Source: Mobula hypostoma (lineage: Eukaryota). From it: DNA of 64,000 nucleotides. The translations under genes and the position numbers were made by a program. The stretch spans positions 159,838,001 to 159,902,000 of the forward strand of contig NC_086097.1 in assembly GCF_963921235.1 (NCBI RefSeq), in the 5' to 3' direction. The notes below the pieces were generated by a model that saw only the letters and a list, made by a program, of their open reading frames with translations, was not told the origin of the DNA and did no database searches. Of the stretch, positions 51,698 to 63,518 are shown one piece after another (position 1 is the stretch's first letter; every line of letters begins with the position of its first letter).

Positions 51698-51760
51698 GAG
51701 ATTCTACAGAGAAATGCGGGGAAATGCCTTGGAAAAGAAATCCAATTATGAATTACTGGA
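51698..51760 (+). CDS. PTK2: Focal adhesion kinase internal exon (FERM F2 lobe, about human residues 177-198), isolated
   Basis: Acceptor TTGCTTTTGTTTTTTTAAAACAG, donor GTGAGT; 63 nt, phase 2-2; encodes RFYREMRGNALEKKSNYELL(E) versus recalled human FAK RSYWEMRGNALEKKSNYEVLE and PYK2 RFFKDMPHNALDKKSNFELLE. Confidence 0.92.
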
Positions 51761-51828
51761 GTGAGTAGTTTATTGTTGTATTTCAGTTTTATTTATTTGA
51801 CTGTGTGAGCAATTGATTTGCACATATC

Positions 51829-52392
51829 TCAAGGGACTGGCAGCTGTTGGTGGACCTGGAAGGGCAGCTGAAGTTCCCCAACCATATCGCAGCCACCACC
51901 CTGTGACCAGACATTGTCCTAGTGTCTGAGTCTACTAAGCAAGTGGTGCTGCTGGAGCTGACAGTCCCATGGGAAGTTAGCTTGGAGGAGGCCTTTGAAA
52001 GGAAACTCTCCAAGTACGCAGGACTGGTCAGCAACTGTCAGCAGGCTGGATGGAGAGCGGGGTGTCTCCCAGTGGAGGTTGGTTGTAGGGGATTCATAGC
52101 CCATTCTTTAGTTAGAGCCTTCAGCATTTTGGGCATCGACGGAGAGAGGAAGAGGAGAGCCATCCGCAGTACCACCGATGCGGCAGAGAGGGCCTCAAGA
52201 GGGCTGTGGCTCAAAAGAGGGGAGCCATGGAGTCATAAGTAGCTAGCCATCTGGATACAAGCTGGGGTCTGATCAGCCCCGGCTGGGTCACCTGGAGGAG
52301 GTTGTAAGATGTTGAAAGACCCGAAACAGCCAATGATTCCAGGAACATCACTGAAGATGTGTCCAGAAGCATCAATAGATGTATGTACACAG
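51829..52392 (+). mobile_element. HERO-like retroelement copy B (3'-terminal 564 bp)
   Basis: Colinear without indels with 49294-49857 (offset 2535); about 24 substitutions by manual count (~96% identity). Confidence 0.92.
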
Positions 52393-52607
52393 GAACTAAT
52401 ACACAGTTTTATAGGATTGCATTGGTAGTGATCAAATTTGCTCTGTATTCCATTTAAATACATAAATTGCTGCTCACTTAAAAAGGAGTCTGTCTTTATT
52501 TCATACCTGTTTAACTATTTCCATGAAATTCCAGCCCATTGGGGCAGCCGCTTAATTTGGACTACATGTACCGATACCCATGTATCACAATTATCTGAAA
52601 TCCACTG
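52392..52607 (+). mobile_element. Tigger-family element, right part with TIR
   Basis: GGAACTAATACACAGTTTT...GGGGCAGCCGCTTAATT...GAAATCCACTG followed by TA. Confidence 0.7.
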
Positions 52608-54704
52608 TACTTAAAAATCTCTCATTTGTATCCTTTAATCTAACCCTTGCATACTCAATTATTTCATCTTCACAGCATCTCTGGCACAATGATGTACAAA
52701 GGCTCATGACCACCTGAGTGAATTGTTTTCTCCTCTTCTCTGTCTCAAATGGCAACTGTTTATCTGAAACTATTCTTCCTCCTTGATAATCTCACTGATA
52801 TTATCTCTTGTTAATCCACTTATAATTGCATGTTTCAATAAAATCACCACTTATTCTGTATTCCGGTAAGCAAAGGTCCAACCTGCTTAATCTTCCTGTA
52901 AATATTAACTCCTTCAATAACTAATGTTTATTTCACTTTTCTCCTCCATTTGTATGAAGGATATTGCTCTCACATTTCATCTTTTCCCTTTATGTATTTT
53001 ATCTTTTTCATTATTTTTTGCTGACTTCAAAAAAATTCCCAGTTCACTGGTTTACCACTCATCTTCACAATTTTGCCTTCTCTTTCAATTTTATACCATC
53101 CTTAGCTATTTTTGTTCGTTATGGATAGTTTATCCTTCCTTCCTGTGGTCCCCACCTTTGGCACTAAAATATACTTCTCATAAGATTTATGAAAATTCTC
53201 CTGAAATTCCTGCTACATGTCTATCATATCTCTTACTCTCTAATCTATTTCCCAGTAGACTTTATTCACCTCATTCCATTGTATGCTTTCTATAATGTAT
53301 AGGGCAGTTGTTTCGGATTCATTTCTCATCTTCAATTTGAATTTGAAATTCTACCATACTTTTTCATTTCGTTTACTGTGAGATCATTAATTAATTCTGT
53401 TTTATTATATAATCCCTGATCTAAAATGATGTGCTGCCTGGTTGGTTTCCAAAATATTGCTCCAAAAGACCATCCCCAAGGACATCCCTGATAATTTGAT
53501 TTGCCCATTTATACAACAATTAAAATAGCCCATGATTATTGAATCACTTTTATGGGCTCTTATTAAACCTGTCCAACAGTATAACTACTACTTTCATGAG
53601 TGATTCTTACTCTTAGTATTCCTTATTTCCAACCAGACTGAAATCCAAGAAATATTCTTTCTGGCACTTCCAAGAAGGAGTGTGTTATATTTTATTAGAC
53701 AAAAATTCTGAAAAGAAGAGTTATTTTTTTAAGGGTTGTTGGCTACGGTAGGAAAATGGATGCAGACGTGCACCTGAGCACATAACAAATCTGCTGTAAA
53801 TGCACAGTTTCCATGGTTCCCAAAGGGTTGGGTGGTCCTTTATGGAACAGAAGGAGATGTAGTAACCAGGATGCAGCAGGCATTAGATCCCATGGGTATA
53901 GGTGCCATGTCAAGCATTATTTGTCCTTCAAACACAATGAAAGTCGCTAATCATGAGGATTGCCTCATGAAAAGTCTGCTAGACTGGACACCTCATTGTT
54001 AAATATGAACATAATCTAACTCAAAGCATGTTGGAAACAGTAAGCCAGATAGCATCTTTGAAGGTGGTAATATTCAGGAACGCGACCTCTCCTCTATGGT
54101 CTGAGCTACAAAATTTCATTACATGTATCAACTGCTTACATGAATGAATTATAAATGTTATATCTTTATGTATCAGACCATTTAAACTTACTGAAATATT
54201 AAAATAAGGGATGTGGACTAATGATACTGAGATAAGCAAAAAAATGTTAGAAATACACTGCATATCAGGCAGCTGTTGTGTGAAATAAATAGAGTTAATT
54301 AACTTTCATGGTTTATTTGAGATATATCCGAGTTATGACTGGAATAGACAGTCTGAGCAGGACTGACCAATTTCATTTAAGAACTGAGAGAAATAGATTT
54401 AACTTACCTGTGATTGGTAGAAGAAATAAAGGAAATTCAAGCAGAAAATAGTTTCCACCAAAAGTGTAGTACATCATTGTCTGAAATGATGGTGGAATTA
54501 AAAACTTTCATCTCATTCGCAAAGTCATTTCAACAACTAGAACTTACAAATGAGAACTGGAAAGTAGGATTATAGAGTGAACAGCTGATTGACCTGCTTT
54601 CTATACTGTAAATTTATTGATTTTCTGAATATTAAGATTAGTCCTTGGCAATTTAAGAGTGAAAACTAAAAGCGAATTTCATATATGGGGCTATGAAAAT
54701 ATGG

Positions 54705-54850
54705 AGGCACAAGAGAGTTTGTAGGCACACAAAATGCTGGAGGAATAGTCAGTCCTGATGAAGGACCTCACCTGAAATGTCAAATCTTCATTTCCCTCCA
54801 TAGATGCTGTCTGACCTGCTGAGTTTCTCAGCCTTTTGTGTACATTGCAT
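54705..54850. repeat. Inverted pLTR fragments with a degenerate + strand hammerhead motif
   Basis: CACAAAATGCTGGAGGAA then CAGTC CTGATGA AGGACCTCACCT GAAA TGTC AAATC (stem I broken). Confidence 0.6.
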
Positions 54851-57164
54851 GGAAATATGGACCTCCCTTGACCCAGATAGCTTTAATCACTTGCATGATA
54901 CACAAATGTATAACTTTCAGTGTTCATTGCTAGACAATTTGGATAATAGAGTGGTTATGAATATGGAGAGTGCCTGAAAATTCAACAAAAAAAACACAAT
55001 TCAATATATGATAGGTGCTAATAAAATAAGCTAATGAACTTTTTAGCCTCCATTTTACAATGTTTGGAAATTTATGCTATTAGACCTGCAGTTAATTCAG
55101 AATATGACAATGTGAAATACAATTAACGTCAGTGTGATAAGTTACCCAGAAGCTCATTTGGGCATAGCTCATAGCTGTAAACCCTTGGGTATCAAAACAC
55201 CATTTGTTATGCTCAAGATACTTTTTTCTTCCAGTTGATGTGAAGGCTGTGGGCAAACAGCCCATTATAGGAACTTAATTGGCCATCAATACATGGATTG
55301 TCAATCACACTGCCTGCAAATCTGGCACCCAAAGCTAACTGTAATTATTATAAGTGCAACATTTCCCATTAGGTTGACTTAATAAAACTTTGGTACTAGG
55401 AGAAATATGCCAATTGATATCACGCTCATTCAATGTAAGAATGAACAAAGAGGACTATCTTAAGAGTGCTTTCTCTTGTTTTGTCCAAAAAATTCTGATG
55501 TATGACTTCCACAATCTCTTCCTGTTATATCAAAATATGGAAAAGTAATTAGATATATGTCAGAAGCTAGCATGTCTAATTTAAGTACTGTCATTGCTTT
55601 ATTATACTGTCACCTTGAGAAAAAAATGTTATTAAGTATTGCTGAGTTGGGGGATTTGCACTGGGATGTGACAGTAAATTGTATTGCACTGAATTTTAGA
55701 ATATAATTTCAAAGCTTTCTTAATACATTACTGACTAAACTCTCCAAATTATCTGGAACTAAACCAAAAAGACCATAATATCTTGGCTTGTCCTGAGTTA
55801 CTTGATTTCATTTGGGTTAGCAGAGTGAGTGCCAAATTTGGGCTCAGATACTGGCATGATGTAGGAGATAATGCACCATGGTTTTAACTCTTAGTCACTA
55901 TCCAGTGGTCTTTAGGAAAGTACCAATATGGTTGCTCAGGCAAGAATAAGGTTAGAATTGGCTTGGATGCCCACCACTGCTAAGACTGTATCAGCTGTTA
56001 TGTTGATAGAGTTTCCATCAGTTCTTATGAAGAGATGAAGGTGACAAAACTTAGAAGGATACAGAAAAAGTATTGGTAAAATGAATACATGATGATTGAC
56101 ATGAACAGGGTGAATCATTGTGCTGCATGACTCTACAGTATGCCTCTATAACAGTGTGAGAGTAAGATAAAGAGAGCAGCCAGTTTTAACGTTTTCAATC
56201 CCAATGACTATTTTGTGACACAAACCACGTTGTTTATTGTTTAATAGGATTCAACTAATTAATGTATTTGACCTATGGAATCCAATTTGTCTCCAAAAAT
56301 TACAGTTGAAGTAAGCATATTTTAATTTATGCTGCTCTAGTGCATTGATGCTGCTAACATCACTCTCTAAACTGTTTATCCCATCAGGGAAGAGGCTACG
56401 TAGCATCCATGCCAGGACAACTGGACTCAAAAACAAGAATGTTCCCAAGCAGTAAAGGATAATCAACTCCTCCACCTACTAACTCACCCCACCACACCCC
56501 CACCCCCCACAACTACTACTTTATGATTTCCTCTCAATGTCGCTTTAGGTACAGACACTCCTTAACCTCAAATCACTTTATGTACATACAACAAATCTAT
56601 GCAATAAATCTATGTAATGCATCTAATGCAAGCAGGCTTTTTCCACTGAGATTAGGGGGGACTAAAACTAAAGGTCATGGGTTAAGAGTGAAAAGTGAAG
56701 TTCTTAAGAGGTACATGAGAGGAGACTCACTCAGAGGGCCAAGGGAGTGTGGAATGAGCTGCCAGCACAAGTGGTGCATTTGATCTGATTTTAACATTTA
56801 AGAGAAGTAGGTACCTCAGACTGCCGAAGTGAAAGTTTAAAGATCTCAGTGAATACTGCAGCCCGTTGATAAGCACAGGTTCTCAGTACTTGGTGAGGTA
56901 CCACATCTGAGCTAGATGCTTTTCCGGGTTCACCCTCCTGAAGGATGCTCACACGTCGGCCTCAGAGACTTAAATCAAAGGACCGTTGGGGGTTTTGGAT
57001 GTTCACGGTGGTGCCACCATGTTTTGATGGTCAAAGCAAGCATAGAAGATATTGAGCTCATCTGGAAGTGAAGCCCCATTGCCACCTCTGATACATGATT
57101 TCACGTTGTAGAAGGTGCTAGCGTTCAAGCCCTGCCACAACTGTCAATCATCCTTTATTGACTC

Positions 57165-58650
57165 ATGTTCAGTTGTCAAATGGTATCACAACAACAACCT
57201 TGCACTCAGCATCAGTAAGATCAAGGAATTGATTGTGGAATTTATGAAGGAGAAGTCAAGGGAACACACACCAGTCCTCATGGAGGGATGTGCGGTGAAA
57301 AAGGTGAGCACTTTCAAGTTCTTGTGTGTCAACATCTCTGTAGATCAATTCTGGGCCCAACATACTGATGTAGTTACAAAGAAGGCATTACAGCACCAAT
57401 ATTTCATCAGGAGTTTGAGGAGAATTGGTATATCTCCAAAAACATGCACAAATTTCTGCAGGCAGACAGGTACATTCTAACTGGTTGTTTTACCACCTGG
57501 TATGGAGGGGTCACTTCACAGGATTACTAAAAGCTGCAGAAAGTTGTAAACTCAGCCAGGTACCTTTTGGGCAATAGCTTCCCCAGCACTGAGGACATCT
57601 TCAAAAGACAATACCTCTAAAACAGCGGTCCCCAACCACCGGGCCGCAAAGCATGTGCTACCGGGCCGTGAGGAAACGATATGAGTCAGCTGCACCTTTC
57701 CTCTTTCCCTGTCACGCACTGTTGAACTTTAACGTAAGGTTGCCAACTGTCCCATATTTGCCAGGACATCCCGTATATTGGGCTAAATTGGTTTATCCCA
57801 TACAGGACCGCCCTGGTCCCGTATTTCCCCCGCTAAGGTAGAGCGTTGCTATGAAACCTTTCGTGCCGAAATGGCGTAAAGCGAAGAAGCAATTACCATT
57901 AATTTATATAGGAAAAATTTTTGAGCATTGCCAGACCCAAAAAATAACCTACCAAATCATACCAAATAACACATAAAACCTAAAATAACACTAACATATA
58001 GTAAAAGCAGGAATGATATGATAAATACACAGCCTATATAAAGTAGAAATAATGTATGTACAGTATAGTCGGGAAGATTAAGCCGAAACTGATGTGGGAA
58101 AAAAAAATCGGCACGTACACGCAGGCGCACACCCGTCACACATGCATACACAGGAGCTCATGCAAGGCTTCATGGTCATAGTAATCTTTCCTGGGGTAAA
58201 CACTGTCCTGTATTTGACTGCTACTTTTATCCCTTATTTGGGAGTGAGAAAGTTGGCAACCCTAACTGTAAAAGACATGTTGAGGTGAGTATAACCCTAC
58301 TTGAACAACAGCCCCCTGCCGTCAATCGGTCGGTCCGCAAGAATATTGTCAATATTAAACCAGTCCGTGGTGCAAAAAAGGTTGGGGACCCCTGCTCTAA
58401 AAGATGATATCCATCACCCAGGACATGCCTTCTTCTCATTGCTACCAAAAAGGAGGTGGTAGAGGAGCCTGAAGACACACACACAACTTTTCAGAAACAG
58501 CTTCTTCTCCTCTCATCAGATATCTAAATGGAAAATGAACCCAATTTAGTTTTATATATGCTTATTGTAATTTTCAGTTTTTATTATTATGTATTGCAAT
58601 GTATTGCTACCACAAAACAACAAGCTTCACAACATATGCCAGCCATATTA
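57165..58650 (+). mobile_element. Rex1/Babar-type LINE 3' part, interrupted by a hAT element
   Basis: WYHNNNLALSISKIKELIVEF..FKFLCVNIS..; same type as 23345-24465. Confidence 0.8.
57623..58394. mobile_element. Non-autonomous hAT (Charlie-like) composite element
   Basis: TIRs CAGCGGTCCCCAACC / GGTTGGGGACCCCTG; perfect 8-bp TSD CTCTAAAA (57615-57622 and 58395-58402). Confidence 0.9.
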
Positions 58651-59469
58651 TTCTGATCAGTAGTGTGAGGCTACAAGATGAGCAAATGCATTGTGTTATA
58701 AAAATTTGACACAAATAATTGAGGAGATTTGGATATAAAGTTCTGGTGTAAAACCAGTGTAAGTTGTATAAATGTAAACCTTTCTGGTTTCAAATAATGA
58801 TAGCAATAGCTACAAAATTCTACAGCATTCACATGTGAGTGAGTCAATAGGCTGAATGATTGAATAAAGTCTTTCCAAGACACTGAGCAACTGAATGGTG
58901 TCTCTCCAGAAGTGAGAGAGGGTGACTTGATACAGAAAAATCCACTCAATACAACCATTCTATGCCCTTTGTCTTTTTGTCATTTAATCTAACTTGCTTT
59001 GTGTCCTGTCACAGAACTTCTCGTGTCCTTCCGTTACTCCATCTAAAACCCATTGATGCTCCTTTCTTCCAGTTATGCTGAAAGGCCCTTGGTCAGAGAT
59101 ATTAATCTGCTTCCCACTCCATGAGTCCTGCTGAGGTCTGCAGAACATTTCTGGCATTTTCTGTCTTCTTATTTTATTTTCTTAGCAAATGTTTGTGTGA
59201 TGTCCCACTAACTGAATGAAAAGTTTATAAAATTACAGTGTTTAAGACACAAAAGGTGGCTATTTAGCCCACATTGCCCATGCTGTTTTACCCAGATTTA
59301 GCCAAGTTCATTTAACGTTCTGGAATTTGGTATTCAGACAACTGTTCCAGTGCTTATTCAAGAACTTATTAAACATGTAAATGGTTTCTGCCTTAATCTC
59401 TCTTCCAGACCCTTAGGGCGGAAAATACTTTTCTTTATGATCCCCTTCACTCCTCTACTTTTTATCCAA

Positions 59470-60260
59470 AACAAATGAAAGAGGAATATACTGGAGGTAC
59501 CAGTTCAAGCAGCATCTATGAGGAAAGAAATGGAGTCAATATTTCTGACCAAATACCCTTTATTGAAACAGAGAAAGTGAGAAGACAAGAGTGTTTAAAT
59601 TTTTGCAGACAGCAAAAGAATTGAAGAAATGATAGAGAATATATGCAAGAGAGTGAAGAGCAAAATTGTAACGGTAACATTTACTTTAGAAACTGATAGA
59701 TGAAAAGAAAAGGAACAAAGTGATCTGAGGATTCAGACCTAGAGTCCTGTTACCTTGCTCTTTTCCTATTTCAAATGTCTAAACCCCCTATTACAGGTTG
59801 CATCTTCTACCACACTATTAGCAGTGAATTCCAGGTTGTAAATCCCAGGGTGGAGAGAAGGAATGAAAAAGATTTACCTGGAATTATTGAATTCTATTTT
59901 GATTCTCAATGGCTGCAATTCCCCATGGCTATTTTGATTCCAGTGGAACGTCCTCAAGCTTATGAATACAGTCCAAGGCCAAAGGCAGAAAGGTCAGAGG
60001 GGAAAGGGGATGGAAACTTAAAGCGAACATGACCAGAAGCTCAGGGAAACTCTCTCCGAATGAATACAGGTATTCAGCAAATTGGTACCAATTTATATGC
60101 TGCTGATTCAGTAAATCTGCCAAGGGACATACAAAATCCAGTGCAGGTTCGCAAAAGAAGTTGGGGTGAGACATAACAACAATGCTCAAATGAACCGAAT
60201 TGATGTTCAGGGTTTGAGGGGTTTGTGGAGAAGCAAGGGGAGAGTGGCACTCAGTACAGC
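59470..60260 (-). mobile_element. Old, highly degenerate Penelope-like remnant
   Basis: pLTR-like CTGGAGGTACCAGTTCAAGCAGCATCTATG; GIY-YIG-tail-like sequence near 59890-60170. Confidence 0.45.
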
Positions 60261-60329
60261 TGGCATTGAAACCATGCATGTTCTAAATAAGTTAATGTTT
60301 GTGAAGGGTTAATTGACCAAAATCAACTT

Positions 60330-62690
60330 ATTAGCAAGGGGAGATAGAAATAAGGTAAGGACAACTGGAGCGGCCATTGTTGGAGTGACCATGGTGTGAG
60401 GGAGCCAGTGTTAGAGTAGGGAAGCTTTAACTCAAAAGACTTGGGTGAGGTAAACATTTGGTATATTTTTTCTTGATTTTTTTTTATTCTTTGTCTGTTA
60501 CTACACAGTTGGAGTGGTGAGGATGACTTCAGGGGCTGTGCTGTGTCCTTTGTGTGAGATGTGGGCATTCTGGAAGACCTCCATCCCCCCAGAATAGTCA
60601 CAGTGCCAAGTGCATTACACTGCAGATCCTCAGAGAACATGTCCAGGAACCGCAGCTGCAAATCATTGACCTTCGGATCAAATGGGAAACTGAGGAGGAG
60701 ATAGATGGGAGCTACAGGGAGGTAGTCACCGCTTCCTGTAACTCCATTCTACCAGGAGTCAGGCGGCAGTCAATCAGGGTGACTGTCAGGAGAGGGAACG
60801 GAAATGGGCAGCCAGTTCAGAGTACCCCAACAGCCATTCACCTCAATAATAAGTACAGAGGCTTTGGGTACTGTTGGAGGTGACGACCTACTGGGAGGAG
60901 CTGCAGCGACTGTGTCTCCATCACTGAGTATCACACTGTGGCACAGAAGGGAAGGGGGGAGAAGAGGACTGTAGTCGTGATAGGGGATTCCATAGTTAGA
61001 GGAGTAGACATGAGATTCTGTGGATGTGATAGAGACATCCAGATGGTATGCTGCCTGCCAGGTGCCAGGGTGAAGGATGCTTCAGATCAGGACGACAACA
61101 TTCTAAAAGAGGGGGATGAGTAGACTTCTACATTTTGGCAGCAATGACGAGGTAGGAAAAGGAAGGATGTCTAGAAGAGAGATCTTAGGGACCTAGGTAG
61201 AAAACTGAAAAAGCAGGACTTCCAGTGTAGTATTGTCTGGATTACTACCTCTGGATTGCTGCCTGTGCCGCATACCAGTAAGGGTAAGGGGGCATATAAT
61301 ACAGCAATATTTAGTGGGAAGTTAGAGGATTGGGAAGCTTTTAAAAACCAACAGCAGGCAACTAAAAAGTTATTAATAAGGAAAAGATGCAATATGATAA
61401 CCAAAGATACTATAGAAGATACCAAAAGTTTCTTCAGAAACAAAGTCTAAAAGAGAGGCGAGAGTGGATATCGGACCACTAGAAAATGTTCGAGAAGTAG
61501 TAATGGGGGACAACGAAATGGCAGATGAACTGAATAGGTATTTTGCATCCGTCTTCACTGTGGAAGACTCTAGCAGTATGACGGAGGTTCAAGAGTACTA
61601 GGGGGCAGAAATGTGTGATGTTGCCATTATGAGAAGGTTCTTGGGAAAGTGAATGGTCTGAAGGTAGATATATCACCTGGATCAGTTGGTGTACACGCAA
61701 GGTTCTGAAAGAGATGGCTGAAGATATTGTGGAGGCATTAGTAATGAATCATTGTTATGAATTGTAATGAAACAACCAAAAATCAATTGATTCTGGCACG
61801 GTTCTGGAGGAATGGAAAATTGCAAATGTCACTCCACTCTTCAAGAAGGGAAATAAGCAGAAAAGAAAATCATAGGCCAGTTAGTCTGATCTCAGTCATT
61901 GGGAAGATGTTGGAGTTGATTGTTAAGGACGTGGCTTCAGGTTACTTGGAGGCACATGGTAAAGTAGGCCGTAGTCAGCATGGTTTCCTCAAGGAAAAAT
62001 CTTCCCTGACAAATCTGTTGGAATTCTCTGAAGAAATAACAAGTAGAATAGACAAAGGAGAATTGGTGAATGTTGTGTACTTTGATTTTCAGAAGACCTC
62101 TTCTTTTTCCATTTATGTCATTGATGGAATTGATAGCTTTGTGGCCAAGTTTGCAGATAATACAAAGATAGGTGGAGGGGCAAGTGGTGTTGAAGAAGCA
62201 GGGAGACTGCAGAGGAATTAGACAGGTTAGATGAATGGGCAAAGAAGCAGCACATGGAACACAGTGCCGGGAAGTGTATGATCATGCACTTGGAAGAAGG
62301 AATAAAAGTGTAGACTATTTTCTGAGCGGGGAGAAAATTAAAAAATCCAAGGTGCAGAGGGACTTGGGAGATCACGTCATGTGCAGATTTCCCTAAAGGT
62401 TAACTTACAAGTTGAGTCAGTGGTGAGGAAGGGAAATGCAATGTTACCATTCATTTCAAGAGGACTAGAGAATTTCTTTAGCCAGAGAGTGATGAATCTG
62501 TGGAATTTGTTGCCACCGGAGACTGTACAGGCCAGTTATTGGACATATTTAAGCTGGAGGTTGATAGATTCTTGATAATTCATGGTGTGAAAGGTTATGG
62601 GCAGAGGGCAGGAGATTTGATTTGAGAAGGAAATGGAGGAGCATTCGATGGGCCGAATGGGCTAATTCTGCTCCTACGTCTTATAGTCTA
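60330..62690 (+). mobile_element. CR1 LINE remnant (ORF1 esterase part joined to ORF2 RT fragments), multiple deletions
   Basis: VVVIGDSIVRG..CLPGARV; RPVSLISVIGK..QHGF..LTNLLEF..YFDFQK..KFADNTKIGG; CR1 3' UTR near 62650-62690. Confidence 0.85.
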
Positions 62691-63457
62691 ACTTAGAATT
62701 TGAAATACCCCTACACTTTCTGCTTACACTAGGACTTCTAACAGAATCTGTTGGACAATTTGCATTACCAATCCATCAAAATAGAGAGCTGGAGCTAAAC
62801 TTAGGGTTGTTGTTGTTTAACATACTGTATCTTCAGGTTCCCATTTACAGAACATTATTACAGCTTGCCTTATAAGAAATATCATTTTTAGTTCTTATCC
62901 TAATAGCATAAAAATCAAAAGTGTTTAGATAAACTTAACAGAGTGTCATAGTTGAAATTTGTAAGGTATTACGATTAGAACTCTCTGAAAAGAATTGTGT
63001 AAATCAAGCATGTTTTCTAATATCAAATCACAATGTATTAATGAAGATAGGATTTTCTTTTAATTTAAATATCTGCACTTCTAGAAGCATCAGTTATTGT
63101 TTTTCCTGTGGAGAACCCAGATCTGTGATTTACATCTTGATTGACATACACAGGGGGCTCTTGATGGATGTAGTCAGCGAGCAGACTAATATTAAGAAAA
63201 TGTACAGCACAATCAGAGCATCTGGGCTGTCTACAGGCATGCCTCAAGTTTATCATCTATGTAGTAAAGTCCCATAAATATATTGCATTATATTGTGAAA
63301 GTGGGATTCAATAGACATCTTTAAGTTACATCTTGCAATTCTGTTTTTAAATTTTAATATAAAGATCCATCCTGTCACTAAAGCCTTTAACTTGCTCTTC
63401 CTCTCTTACAAATACCCAAACTTCTTATTGCAAGTTATAAAATAAAACACTTTTATG

Positions 63458-63518
63458 CACTCAGTGGCCACTTTATTTGGTATAAGAAGTACTTGCCTAA
63501 TAAAGTGGATACTAGTTG
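63458..63518. mobile_element. Very short Tc1-like MITE remnant
   Basis: CACTCAGTGGCCACTTTATT / AATAAAGTGGATACTAGTTG inverted ends, TA on the right. Confidence 0.55.
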
